Positions 31,394-42,165 are shown, numbered from the stretch's first letter. The stretch is 64,000 nt of DNA from Candidatus Borrarchaeum weybense (GCA_019057385.1 JAHQJS010000005.1:288799-352798); one strand, 5' to 3'. The notes: generated by a model not told the origin, from the letters alone. Program-made: numbers and translations.

Positions 31394-32137
31394 ATGCCTT
31401 TTTGTGGAAACTGTGGCAATCCAGTTGATCCTGGCAAGATGAGATTCTGTCCTAGGTGTGGTACACCAATAGAAGCAGAATTTACCACAACCCCTCCTCC
31501 TGTACCACCATCGTATCCTACAACAACAAGCTCTCCGCCCCCTACATCTACAATACCTTCGCCACCAGCTCCTATGATACCAGGTGGGTTGTTTGATCCA
31601 AGGCGTAATGGGTATGTGATTCATGAGAAGACTTGGGACTGGGGAGGAGGAGACATCTTGGATGAACAAGGGCAGAAGATAGGGTATATGGACAGGAAAA
31701 TTCTGAGTTTAAGGGCTGAAATCAAGCTCACAGAATTGGACGGCACGATGGCAGCCAAAATTCATAGGAAAATAGTCGCGATACGCCCAACTTACGAAAT
31801 TAAGAACGCTAATGATCAACTCATCGGCAAGATTGAAAAAAAACTCCTTAGTATCCGCCCAAAACTCTTTGTTCTCGATCCAAGTGGAAACAAATTATTA
31901 GAGATTCGCGGTAATTTTATGGCATGGGATTTCACAATTAAAGATGCACAAAGTGGACGAGAAGTCGGAACCGTGCAAAAACTGGATCGATGGAAGGATG
32001 TTTTCTTTGGTGGAGGAATATTTGACCGGAGTGATAAGTTCGCGCTTAAGATTTATGGAGATGGAGATATTGACAGACGCTTAGTTGTAGGGGCTGTTGT
32101 GGCAATCGACAATATGTTTCATGATGAGACAGACTAA
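31394..32137 (+). CDS. Zinc-ribbon + LURP-one/scramblase protein, copy 2
   Basis: Tandem paralog of 30316-31041 with long identical stretches (DILDEQGQKIGYMDRKILSLRAEIKLTE). Confidence 0.8.
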   Translation: MPFCGNCGNPVDPGKMRFCPRCGTPIEAEFTTTPPPVPPSYPTTTSSPPPTSTIPSPPAPMIPGGLFDPRRNGYVIHEKTWDWGGGDILDEQGQKIGYMDRKILSLRAEIKLTELDGTMAAKIHRKIVAIRPTYEIKNANDQLIGKIEKKLLSIRPKLFVLDPSGNKLLEIRGNFMAWDFTIKDAQSGREVGTVQKLDRWKDVFFGGGIFDRSDKFALKIYGDGDIDRRLVVGAVVAIDNMFHDETD

Positions 32138-32314
32138 GACAAGGCTTGAGATCTACTTTTTTTAACTTTTTTTCGAGATTTTTTCCTCTTCCACTACTTT
32201 TTAATGTTATCAGATAGAACATTTCTGTAAATTGATATTGCTCATTATCATCATTTCACATGAAATATACAATATTTGCTACTGAACAAACTTAGCGATT
32301 AGGAGGAATTATGA

Positions 32315-33277
32315 TTGAGAACTATAGGAGTGGCTACTTGTGGCGGGGACGCTCCAGGTATGAATGCCGCTATTCGAGCTATTACCCGCATTGCTTGTAC
32401 TAAAAATCTGAAGGTTTTAGGTTTCGAGAATGGATGGAATGGTCTAATAACAAACGCATTCAGGCATCTACTTCCTCACTCAGTTATGGGAATTTTACAT
32501 ACAGGCGGTACAATCCTTCGAACGTCTCGCTCACTGGAATTTCGAACAGAAGAGGGAATTAAAAAAGCCGCTGAAACCTTGGCGAACAATAATGTTGATG
32601 GACTTGTGGTCATCGGTGGCAATGGCTCCTTTAATGGAGCATTGGCATTAAGCAAAGAAACTGATACAAAAATCATAGGAATACCTGCAACAATTGACAA
32701 TGATGTTTTTGGAACCAATGAGACTATCGGTTTCGATACTGCTGTAGATACTGCCGTTGTTGCGGTAGATAAAATTCGGGATACAATGGTTTCATTTAAG
32801 CGCGTATTTGTTATAGAAGTAATGGGGCGAGAAAGAGGTTTCATTGCAGCAACGGTAGGACTCGCGGTTGGGGCCGAAATAGTCTTAGTTCCTGAAATTC
32901 AATTTGATAAGAACCAAGTTTTTAAAAGTATTAAAGAAAAGCGTGCTAAAGGAAAAAGGTCTGGTATAATCGTGGCTGCCGAGGGAATAGGCGACTGTCA
33001 AAAACTTGCACAAGAAATAGAGGAAAATACTGGAGCAGAGACACGAAGAAGTGTATTAGGTTATATTCAACGAGGAGGCAATCCTTCTGCGAGAAGTAGG
33101 CTTCTAGCAAGTCTATTTGCGAATAAGGCGATTGAATTATTACTAAATGAACAAGGAAACAGAGTTGTTGGGCTACAAGATGGCACTATAACAAGCATAG
33201 ACCTTGAAACGTCATGTAAAACGGAAAAGCCTTTAGAATTAGACTTGGTTAATTTGGCAAGCATACTTACTAGGTGA
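32315..33277 (+). CDS. pfkA: ATP-dependent 6-phosphofructokinase (PfkA type)
   Basis: GGDAPGMNAAIR, GGTIL.TSR, IP.TIDND, EVMGR, LGYIQRGG. Confidence 0.95.
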   Translation: MRTIGVATCGGDAPGMNAAIRAITRIACTKNLKVLGFENGWNGLITNAFRHLLPHSVMGILHTGGTILRTSRSLEFRTEEGIKKAAETLANNNVDGLVVIGGNGSFNGALALSKETDTKIIGIPATIDNDVFGTNETIGFDTAVDTAVVAVDKIRDTMVSFKRVFVIEVMGRERGFIAATVGLAVGAEIVLVPEIQFDKNQVFKSIKEKRAKGKRSGIIVAAEGIGDCQKLAQEIEENTGAETRRSVLGYIQRGGNPSARSRLLASLFANKAIELLLNEQGNRVVGLQDGTITSIDLETSCKTEKPLELDLVNLASILTR

Positions 33278-33365
33278 ATTTCTTAAATACATTGAATCTT
33301 ATTGTCAGAAAAAACGTATGAAAAATGTTCTATGATATTTTCAGAAATCCGATTGTGGTGATAAA

Positions 33366-34193
33366 ATGCCTAGAATAGCAATCATTGGAGGCTCTGGCTT
33401 ATATGAGCTTTTACAAAATCCAACGCATACTTTTGTAGACACACCTTTTGGAAAGACTCCTCGAATTGAAATCGGCAAAATAAATGATTTTGAGGTCGCA
33501 TTTCTTCCTAGACATTCACGACCAGGGAGTGAAACGGTTTCGCATGCAATTCCTCCACATAAGGTAAATTACCGCGCAAATATCTACGGTTTGATGCAAC
33601 TCGGCGTGGAAAGAATTCTCGTATCAAATGCCGTTGGAACTCTTGACCCAAATCTCCCTCCAGGGAATATGTGTGTCGTTGACCAGTTTTTAGACATGAC
33701 AAAAGAGGAACCTTACACGTTTTATGATGGTGATACAACAATTGAACTCAAGGATGGCCGAAAAGTTTCGGGCACAGTTCATATCGATGTGAGTCAGCCT
33801 TTTTGCCCTGAATTACGAAGTGTACTCTTAGAGAGTGCTAGCAAAACTGGAGTTCCCGTAAGAGACGGAGGTGTCTATGTAAGAACTTCTGGTCCTCGCT
33901 TCGAGACTCCCGCAGAAATCAATGCTTTTCGCATCTTAGGTGCGACAGTTGTTGGTATGACTGCGGCACCTGAAGCTGTTTTAGCGCGTGAACTTGAACT
34001 GTGCTATGCAAGTATTTCCATGAGTACAAATTTCGCAGCTGGGATGCAGCAAAAAATTTCACATGAAGAAGTAGGTGTGATCTTCGGACAGAACATTGAA
34101 AATGTGAAAAAAATTCTAAGAGAAGCTGTGCATCTAATTCCAAAGGAAAAATCGTGCCCTTGTCCCTTGGCGCTAGCAGGTGCAACTGCGTAA
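33366..34193 (+). CDS. mtnP: 5'-methylthioadenosine phosphorylase
   Basis: IIGGSG, FLPRH, PH.VNYRAN, GPRFETPAE, VVGMT..PE..LARE. Confidence 0.92.
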   Translation: MPRIAIIGGSGLYELLQNPTHTFVDTPFGKTPRIEIGKINDFEVAFLPRHSRPGSETVSHAIPPHKVNYRANIYGLMQLGVERILVSNAVGTLDPNLPPGNMCVVDQFLDMTKEEPYTFYDGDTTIELKDGRKVSGTVHIDVSQPFCPELRSVLLESASKTGVPVRDGGVYVRTSGPRFETPAEINAFRILGATVVGMTAAPEAVLARELELCYASISMSTNFAAGMQQKISHEEVGVIFGQNIENVKKILREAVHLIPKEKSCPCPLALAGATA

Positions 34194-34435
34194 GATCTCT
34201 TTATTTTTTCCTTTTAATCCCAGGAAAACTGTTTGACAATTTTTTTTTAAGACATACACTAATCATCTCGGCATGCCAATATCGTCGGAAGAGTAAAAGT
34301 GAAGTAAACCAGAAGGAGTCCTTTTAATACGTTATGTCGGCGAAATATGATTGTGTTTTGAACACGATTCTTTTAAATTAAATTGAGAATATATTATTGC
34401 ACATCTGATAGAACAGTTTATCATACTTTCAGGAA

Positions 34436-35179
34436 ATGAAAACTATGAAGTTAAGACCCCGACTTACTGCATACAAATTGCATATCTCCGATTTATATGC
34501 TGGTTCGTATGTTCGAAAAGAAACAGGATCCTTCTTAGATACCTCGATTGGTCCTGTCACAAGAGTGAGGCTTTTATGTACAATAGTGCAGAGATATGAC
34601 AATGTAGAAAAAAAATACACTTCATTCACGCTAGATGATGCAACTGATACTATTAGACTAAAAGCCTGGCGGGAAGACATTGAAGCACTTGCTGATTATA
34701 AGGTTGGGGATATTGTAGACGTTATTGGAAAAATACGTCAACAAGAAGATGGAGAATTATTCATAATTCCTGAAAACGTCATTAAGGTAGAAGATGTTAA
34801 TGTTGAGCTGCTACGTCAGCTAGAAATTATTGAGTTACACAACCTGATGGGTGGTAAAACCGTAACTAAAACACAACCTGAGAAAGAACCAAAAAAAGAA
34901 CCAAAAAAAGAACCAAAAAAAGAACCAAAAAAAGAACCAAAAAAAACTGAACATACTGAAGAAATTGAAAAGCAGCTTCCACAAGAAAGTGAAGTCGACA
35001 CAAGACAAGAAGTAATGAACCTTATAAGAACATTGGACGCAGGGAAAGGTGCATCTTATAAAGAAATCGTAGAAAATTCTTCAGAAGACGATGAGGATGC
35101 TGTAGAAACAATTATCTTAGATTTATTAAACGAAGGAGTCATATATGAACCAGAACCAGGTCGTTATAAAGAATTATAA
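34436..35179 (+). CDS. RPA32/RPA2-like protein (OB fold + winged helix)
   Basis: LDDATDTIR..AW OB fold; L..EG.IYEPEPGRY winged helix. Confidence 0.85.
   Translation: MKTMKLRPRLTAYKLHISDLYAGSYVRKETGSFLDTSIGPVTRVRLLCTIVQRYDNVEKKYTSFTLDDATDTIRLKAWREDIEALADYKVGDIVDVIGKIRQQEDGELFIIPENVIKVEDVNVELLRQLEIIELHNLMGGKTVTKTQPEKEPKKEPKKEPKKEPKKEPKKTEHTEEIEKQLPQESEVDTRQEVMNLIRTLDAGKGASYKEIVENSSEDDEDAVETIILDLLNEGVIYEPEPGRYKEL
34886..34945 (+). repeat. 12-bp tandem repeat GAACCAAAAAAA x5 encoding (EPKK)5
   Basis: Read directly. Confidence 0.95.
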
Positions 35180-35195
35180 AACGAGGTGATAAATT

Positions 35196-35618
35196 ATGGA
35201 TGCTGATTTCTTTGATTATGGTGAACTGCTGAAAAAAGCAAAAGAACAAGTCCCCCCAGACATTTACCATCATAAACGATTCGAAATACCTAATGTAGAC
35301 CTTTTCATAGAAGGTAACAGGACTGTGGTACAGAATTGGAAAGATATTACTAGCAAATTAAATAGAGACCCCGCACATATTTTGAAATTCTTGACTAGAG
35401 AATTAGCGACTGCAGGCACCATGGATGGACCACGAGCTATATTTCAAGGAAAATTTTCAAAGAACTTCCTTAACGGGTTAATAGAACGCTACGCCAAACG
35501 CTATCTCATTTGTCCAGCATGCGCATCTCCCGATACTGTCCTAGTGAAAGAAGGAACGTTTCATTTTCTTAAATGTGAGGCATGCGGTGCAAAAGAAGCA
35601 GTTACAAAACTGAAATAA
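35196..35618 (+). CDS. eif2b: Translation initiation factor 2 beta subunit
   Basis: RFEIP, LNRDP.HI.KFL.REL.T.G, CPAC.SPDT.L...C.ACGA. Confidence 0.95.
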   Translation: MDADFFDYGELLKKAKEQVPPDIYHHKRFEIPNVDLFIEGNRTVVQNWKDITSKLNRDPAHILKFLTRELATAGTMDGPRAIFQGKFSKNFLNGLIERYAKRYLICPACASPDTVLVKEGTFHFLKCEACGAKEAVTKLK

Positions 35619-35660
35619 GAATGAAGATCAAAGCATAAGATATTCCTTGGTGGAATTCCA

Positions 35661-35960
35661 ATGACAAAAGTATATTTTCGAGTCTTTAAAACAGAAAAGG
35701 ATATTATGGTAGCAGTGTGCGATGCTGATATACTCGGAAAAAAATTCTCTGATGGTAAAAGTAAACTGAATATCGAAGAGAATTTCTATAAAGGAACCTT
35801 GGGTACATTAGAAGACGGTATTCAAGCCATGAATGGTGCTACCATCATAAATGTCCTTGGGGAAAACATCATCTCAAAAATGATCGATGATGGCATAATC
35901 AGTGAACATAGTGTGATTTGTATTTGTGGCGTTCCTCACGCGCAAATAATTTGCATGTAG
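35661..35960 (+). CDS. DUF424 family protein
   Basis: VAVCD..ILGK, FY.G, ATIIN..G, GVPHAQ; usual position after aIF2beta. Confidence 0.88.
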   Translation: MTKVYFRVFKTEKDIMVAVCDADILGKKFSDGKSKLNIEENFYKGTLGTLEDGIQAMNGATIINVLGENIISKMIDDGIISEHSVICICGVPHAQIICM

Positions 35961-36037
35961 TCATCATGTAAATCTATGCTGTTCTCCCTTTTCATTTATC
36001 TTATGCTGTCGTAAAAATTTAAAAAGGGGCGACTTTT

Positions 36038-37141
36038 ATACCTTCACCTACACGTTTTTGTATCAAATGCGGAAAATTAGAGCCTGAAGTGTCTCTCATT
36101 GGCACTCTTTGTCCTAAATGTTATAAAGAGGAAATACCGGCTATCACTTTCAAAAAACCCATGTCTGTTCTTATATGTCCTCATTGCATGGCGACTAAAA
36201 GTGGTAACAGATGGCATTACCCTTCTTCTGACAATCTAACTCAATTTATTGAATCTTTTGTCATAAAAAAGGTGAAAGAAAGTATAAATCTACAAAACTC
36301 CGATGAACTCATTTCAATTGAACCCGAGTTTTCGTTGGATGAGGCTCCAAAAGAAATAGACGTAACAGTTACTATCAAACGTAGCCAAATTGCAACAGAA
36401 CCCTACAGTGAGATAAGCAAAATCTCAATTCCTTTTGAATATCAACTTTGTCCAAGATGTTCCCGAGTTAAAAGCGGGTCTTACGAAGCCATACTTCAGG
36501 TACGCGGAGCGAAAGGAACTCTTTCTCCAGAAGAACGTGAAAAAATTCTATCGTTGATTGAAAATACTATCACAAATCGATTTAAAGAACCTCCTCAATC
36601 TATTGTATCAAAGATTGTTCAAAAAAATGAAGGCATGGATTTGTACTTCGTTTCGTCTAATTCAGCTATTACACTTGCCTCTACCATTCGAGATTCAGTT
36701 GCGGCATTAATGAAAACAACCTCAAAACTCGTCGGATTAGATAAATCCACAAATAAAAGACGATATCGGGTTTATATATCTATTAGAATCCCTCATTTTC
36801 AAGTTGGAGATTTTATTAAACTGGATGATTCCTTTTATGAGATTCATGCTATTGGAGGAGGTAAAATTTCACTTCATGACCTCAAAACCAAAACACATCG
36901 CTCCCTTTTAGCAAAAAACCTATGGACACACATTTCTAATCGACAATTAGAGGTTCTTCCAAAAGAAGAGTATTTGCATTCATATCTCGTAATCGCTGAA
37001 ACCCCTGATTCTCTCCAAATCATGAATATGAAAACCTATGAGACTTATGAAGTCCAAAAAGGAATTAACAAAAGCATTGTAAGTGGAGATACAATTCAAG
37101 GTTTTCAGGTAAATGATAACGTCTTTCTTTTAGAGAATTAA
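36038..37141 (+). CDS. nmd3: NMD3-like ribosome maturation factor (start probably ATA at 36038, upstream of the ORF-track GTG)
   Basis: RFCIKCG...LCPKCY, CPHC, CPRCSR..SG.YEAILQVR. Confidence 0.88.
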   Translation: MPSPTRFCIKCGKLEPEVSLIGTLCPKCYKEEIPAITFKKPMSVLICPHCMATKSGNRWHYPSSDNLTQFIESFVIKKVKESINLQNSDELISIEPEFSLDEAPKEIDVTVTIKRSQIATEPYSEISKISIPFEYQLCPRCSRVKSGSYEAILQVRGAKGTLSPEEREKILSLIENTITNRFKEPPQSIVSKIVQKNEGMDLYFVSSNSAITLASTIRDSVAALMKTTSKLVGLDKSTNKRRYRVYISIRIPHFQVGDFIKLDDSFYEIHAIGGGKISLHDLKTKTHRSLLAKNLWTHISNRQLEVLPKEEYLHSYLVIAETPDSLQIMNMKTYETYEVQKGINKSIVSGDTIQGFQVNDNVFLLEN

Positions 37142-37518
37142 GAACTTACAGTTTGCTTAAGAATCTAATTTATGTTTCTCTCAATTGATGTCTTCATTTT
37201 GCAGTGCTAGACAACGCTTCATTCAATTTACATAGATTTCACAGAGCATACGATTTTCTACGAATGTGCGAATAAAGGATGCATAGAAAACAAACTTTTT
37301 GAACTCAGAAGATAAAAATTAATGCCGAAAGATTAGGATCACGGTAAAATTTGTGTTTTTATCATCACACAAAAGTGGTTTTTCTCGCGCGGTAATTATA
37401 TAAAACTTAACTGATGAAATTGTCATAATTCATTATTTCATTGCAGTTTATCAATCTGAATAGATCAACTCACTGAGATAACATGTAATCACAAAAATGT
37501 TGTTTGTGGAGGAATTGT

Positions 37519-37869
<351 letters not shown>

Positions 37870-37875
37870 TTATAG

Positions 37876-38673
37876 GTGGGTGGAATTGTGCCAGAGCGCG
37901 TCGCCCACGATGAAGTTGATCGTTTAGAAAAGGACAAGATTGATAAACGGAGGATCAAAGATAAAGATTCTGATGACTTAAAGGTTGTTGAATCTGTATT
38001 TGATAAAGCGACTGTTCTTACTCTTGATAAACTAATTCGGAAGGGCGTCCTTAAGCGATTTGTGGGAATAGTCTCGACAGGAAAAGAAGCTAACGTTTAT
38101 TATGTGAAGGGCCCAGAGGACTCAGATCTTGCCGTCAAGATTTTTCGGACTCATTCTGAATTCAGAAAATATGCCATGCCATATATTGTAGGCGATCATC
38201 GTTTTAAATTGAAACGAAAGGATGCTCGATCTATTACCTTCGTCTGGACTTTAAAAGAGTTTAAGAATTTAAAACTCGCAGAATCATGTGGTGTTAGAGT
38301 GCCTTCCCCCATTGAAGTCAGAAACAACGTCCTGGTAATGGAATTTATCGGTATTGATGGAATACCTGCACCCCGAATGAAAGATATTCCACCAGAAAAC
38401 CCTGAAGAAATATTTTATCTAATACTTGAAGATATTTCCCGCTTATATCATAAGGCAAAACTGGTTCATGCAGATTTAAGCGAATATAATATCCTGATGC
38501 ACCAAAATGAGCCTGTTTTGATTGATATCTCCCAAGGTGTTCTTCTTCACCATCCTCATGCAAAGGATTTCCTCTATCGAGATATCAACACAATTGTTAC
38601 CTTCTTCAATAAACTAGATGTTTCAACACCTCTCCCAAAGGAGATTTTTGATGAAATTATTAAAGAAAAATGA
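37876..38673 (+). CDS. rio1: RIO1 serine kinase
   Basis: STGKEANVY, AVKIF, VHADLSEYNIL, IDISQ. Confidence 0.95.
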   Translation: MGGIVPERVAHDEVDRLEKDKIDKRRIKDKDSDDLKVVESVFDKATVLTLDKLIRKGVLKRFVGIVSTGKEANVYYVKGPEDSDLAVKIFRTHSEFRKYAMPYIVGDHRFKLKRKDARSITFVWTLKEFKNLKLAESCGVRVPSPIEVRNNVLVMEFIGIDGIPAPRMKDIPPENPEEIFYLILEDISRLYHKAKLVHADLSEYNILMHQNEPVLIDISQGVLLHHPHAKDFLYRDINTIVTFFNKLDVSTPLPKEIFDEIIKEK

Positions 38674-38686
38674 AGTTACTCTTTAG

Positions 38687-39277
38687 GTGATCGAAATGGC
38701 TATCTATGGGACTATGCGGACAAAAATACCACGCGAAAGAATTGCTGTTTGCATTGGAACGAATGGTGAAACAAAAAAACATGTAGAAGATGTTACTCAC
38801 ACGAAAATCACAATCGATAGTGAAGATGGAGCCGTCCTTGTTGAATCTACTCCGCAAACAGAGGATCCACTTGCTGTATGGTGTGCTCGAGATATTGTCC
38901 TTGCAATTGGGCGTGGCTTTTCTCCTAAACGTGCTTTTAAACTCTTTGATGAGGAGACGATCCTAGAAATTATCTTTTTAGACCAATCGGCCAATACACT
39001 AAAAGCACTTAAACGTATCCGAGGACGCCTTATTGGCGAACGTGGCAAAACACGAAGAATTATAGAAGAATTTACTGGGACATCTCTCAGTATCTACGGT
39101 CATTCAGTAAGTATCATCGGTACTCTTGAGCGAGTCAAAATCGCTAAAGATGCTGTTCAAATGCTCCTTAAAGGAATGCCTCATAAATCGGTGTATTCCT
39201 TCTTAGACCGTAAACAAAGGGAATTGAAAAAGGCGGAACTGTCTCTTTGGAAACCTGCATCTGATTTTAACCTCTAA
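38687..39277 (+). CDS. KH-domain pre-rRNA processing protein (Pno1/Dim2-like)
   Basis: AIGRGFSP..A, RIRGRLIGE.GKTR, G..H..VY. Confidence 0.92.
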   Translation: MIEMAIYGTMRTKIPRERIAVCIGTNGETKKHVEDVTHTKITIDSEDGAVLVESTPQTEDPLAVWCARDIVLAIGRGFSPKRAFKLFDEETILEIIFLDQSANTLKALKRIRGRLIGERGKTRRIIEEFTGTSLSIYGHSVSIIGTLERVKIAKDAVQMLLKGMPHKSVYSFLDRKQRELKKAELSLWKPASDFNL

Positions 39278-39279
39278 AA

Positions 39280-40245
39280 TCAACCGAACATCTCTTGTAG
39301 CCAGCGAATGTACATTCTAATCCCGTCTTCTAATTTCACTTCTGATTTCCAGCCTAATGTTTCTAGTTTCGTGATGTCCAATAGCATCTTATGTACATCT
39401 CCTTTCCATCCTTTTTGACCACCAGTATAGGAAAATTGCACATCGTCTAACTTAAGTTCGTTGGCAATAATATCTGCTATCTTTTTCACTTCAATTTGAT
39501 TACTGACACCTACATTAAATGCATCATAATTCATTTGACTGTTAAGAATATATTCAGTAATCATCATGCTCGCCGTAATGCAGTCTGAGATATACATATA
39601 GCTTTTATTCTGCTTGCCATCACCAAGAATCTCCAATTCGCTAGGATTTTTCTTTAGCTTCCAGAAAAAATCATGCATGACTCCATGTATCGATCTAGGT
39701 CCATATATATTAGCGTATCTAAGTGAAACACCTTTCATGTTATAACACTCGCTATAGGCTGAGATGTACATCTCGCATGTTGCTTTTGATGCACCATATA
39801 CACTTATTGGCTTCATTATATGACTTTCCGGAGTTGGATAGACCTCAACGTCTCCGTAAATCGTCCCCCCAGATGATGCAAACACTATCAGTCCTACGTC
39901 ATTTAATCTCATTGCTTCAAGAAGGTTCATTGTCCCAATGACATTTATCGAAAAATCTATGTAAGGCTCGTTTACGCTCAATTTGACATCAGGATTTGCT
40001 GCAAAATGAAATACCGCATCTTTGTCAGCACAATTCTCCTGTAACACTTTTTTTCCTCGTATATCTCCTCTTACGAATTTAAAATCTTCGTTATTCATGT
40101 GTCCTTCAATATATTCCATGGTTGAGGCAGAAAGATCATCAACAACCGTAACTTCATTCTCTAATTCTATTAAACGGTCTACTAAATGACTTCCTATAAA
40201 TCCACAGCCGCCTGTTACTAATACTCTCTTATTTTTTAATAACAA
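39280..40245 (-). CDS. NAD-dependent epimerase/dehydratase (GalE-like)
   Basis: TGGCGFIGSH, YGASK, GW.GDV. Confidence 0.92.
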   Translation of the reverse strand: MLLKNKRVLVTGGCGFIGSHLVDRLIELENEVTVVDDLSASTMEYIEGHMNNEDFKFVRGDIRGKKVLQENCADKDAVFHFAANPDVKLSVNEPYIDFSINVIGTMNLLEAMRLNDVGLIVFASSGGTIYGDVEVYPTPESHIMKPISVYGASKATCEMYISAYSECYNMKGVSLRYANIYGPRSIHGVMHDFFWKLKKNPSELEILGDGKQNKSYMYISDCITASMMITEYILNSQMNYDAFNVGVSNQIEVKKIADIIANELKLDDVQFSYTGGQKGWKGDVHKMLLDITKLETLGWKSEVKLEDGIRMYIRWLQEMFG

Positions 40246-40367
40246 AAGTATTTCACTTCTTAGGAGTCTATATTACCTTTGAGGGAAAATTCACATAAAA
40301 TTCTTTCGTAATCTGTAGCAACATTCTAAAGTTCGATTGGACTAATAGATTTCGTGCAAAAAGAGTA

Positions 40368-40460
40368 TGGCGCCGCCGGAAGGACTCGAACCTTCGACCA
40401 GCGGGTAACTGCCAAGGGTATGTTAACAGCCCGTCACTCTACCAACTGAGCTACGGCGGC
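40368..40460 (-). tRNA. tRNA-Asn(GTT) with a 17-nt intron at 37/38 (40407-40423), CCA encoded
   Basis: Cloverleaf GCCGCCG...GTTCGAGTCC...CGGCGGCGCCA; 93-17=76 nt. Confidence 0.92.
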
Positions 40461-40785
40461 ACTTTAACGACGACATTATGTTTTTTCAAGTATTTTATAA
40501 ATCTTCTCATTTTGAGCTAAGAACGCCTCATTTCCTTTCGTTTTTCTGTATATCTACACATCTTACTTCCCATTGCATAACAGATCTCAGTAAATACTCG
40601 CACTTCGGATAATAGGTGTTTTCTTCTGTACATCAGTACTTCTCTTTTTATACCGACTTTCTTATCGGCTTCAAAACATTTAACTCTTAAGCTGACGGGT
40701 ATTAATATTAGAGAACCAAATCTTCAAATCTGTTTTGCAAAGAGCCTCAGAATATTCAACCAGCAGCCTTTAAAGAGGGAATCCA

Positions 40786-41604
40786 ATGATTCAAAACGTA
40801 TGGATCGTAGAAAAAGATCGAGGACGACGTTTGTTTCATAAACGGTACGGCACTATTGATATAGATCCTGATCTCTTTTCTGCTTTCCTTTCTGGTCTTT
40901 ATGGTTTTGTAGAAGTGGAACTTGGCGAAGCAGGAATCGACAGTATATCGATGGGCGATTTGAAGTGGGTTTATATTTACTCTCGTAACCTTTTGTTTAT
41001 TATAGCCGGCGATAAAGAAGATTATGTCCCTCACTTAAAAGCCAAATTAAACGTTATCAAAAACGAGTTCTTCGTAAAATTTCCCATCTTTAATAAAGAT
41101 TGGCAGGAAGCCTTCAAGCATACGGCATTCAAAAGCCTTCAAGAACAGTTTTATCCTATAGTCGATGAATTAGTTGTCGATTGGATTCAGCTCGCAAAAG
41201 TCACAGATGCTGCAAATTATATGGATATATGTGAAGTATGTCAGCATTTTATAGCCATCATTCGTAAAATAATTGCATCATGTGGCGAAGAAAGAAAGAA
41301 AGCCCTCCTAGATATCCTGAAAATGCAAATTTTAGATCTTATAAAGGGAGACAATGAATTGTCGAAGATCATAACCGAAGATGGCTTTATTGACTTCTTG
41401 CGCGTCAATGTTTTTATGATGACAGAAGATGCCGGGGATATCCTAAAAAAAATTTTAATAAGATGTTTTAACACCCTACGGAATGAATTAGGGTTTACGA
41501 ATTTCCAAGCTATGTTCCGCAAAAAACTTATTCCATATCTTAAAACAGATTGGAAGCGCATACGTTCACTTGATCTTGATATGCTCCTTATCTATCTCTT
41601 GTAA
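40786..41604 (+). CDS. Longin-like domain protein (Asgard-type)
   Basis: NVWIV....G..LF...YG...IDPDLFSAFLSGL..F. Confidence 0.7.
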   Translation: MIQNVWIVEKDRGRRLFHKRYGTIDIDPDLFSAFLSGLYGFVEVELGEAGIDSISMGDLKWVYIYSRNLLFIIAGDKEDYVPHLKAKLNVIKNEFFVKFPIFNKDWQEAFKHTAFKSLQEQFYPIVDELVVDWIQLAKVTDAANYMDICEVCQHFIAIIRKIIASCGEERKKALLDILKMQILDLIKGDNELSKIITEDGFIDFLRVNVFMMTEDAGDILKKILIRCFNTLRNELGFTNFQAMFRKKLIPYLKTDWKRIRSLDLDMLLIYLL

Positions 41605-41780
41605 ACTCTACCTCTACCATCTTTCTCACAAAACGAGTTTTAAGCCTCTGTTCAACATCAAGTTTAGACGCCCTTTGTTGGAAGTTCCCTGGAATCTTTG
41701 GGGTGCAGTTTGCGTCTCATCATCGCCAAGAGAGAAAGGCATTTAAAACCCTATCACCGTTCTCACATCATTAATGGTTT

Positions 41781-41858
41781 GCTCCGGTGGTGTAGTCCGG
41801 CCAAGCATAAGGGGCTTTCGACCCCTTGACTCGGGTTCGAATCCCGGCCGGAGCACCA
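41781..41858 (+). tRNA. tRNA-Glu(TTC), intronless, CCA encoded
   Basis: GCTCCGG...AGGGG-CT-TTC-GA-CCCCT...GGTTCGAATCC...CCGGAGCACCA. Confidence 0.97.
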
Positions 41859-41883
41859 TATCACCCCTTAATATATTTGCTGT

Positions 41884-42060
41884 GCGGGGGTTGCCGAGCC
41901 AGGTCAAAGGCGATGGGCTTAGGATCACAACGTTTATGCCTGTTTTAAGACACCCATTGACGTAGGGAATCACTAGACCACCTAGGGTTCGCAGAAGTCT
42001 GCGTGGGTTCGAAAAATCGATGAGAGCACCTCAACTTCGAAATTCCCATCCCCCGCACCA
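41884..42060 (+). tRNA. tRNA-Leu(TAG) with three introns: 41924-41951 (37/38), about 41966-41996 (variable arm), 42014-42043 (59/60)
   Basis: Removing the three inserts gives an 88-nt class II cloverleaf with CCA; BHB or relaxed BHB at each junction. Confidence 0.88.
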
Positions 42061-42165
42061 CTCTTGGCGTTAGTTATTCCAAAAAGTTTTTATCCAAAAA
42101 ACTTTTACCTTCACTACGAACGTAGAAAATTTCACACTCTATTGTAGATGGCTGGGAGATAGTAT

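Noticed and set aside
42150-42157. GCTGGGA as the true 5' end of tRNA-His
   Set aside because: It gives no U8 and no BHB; the start at 42167 gives a strict BHB and a canonical mature sequence
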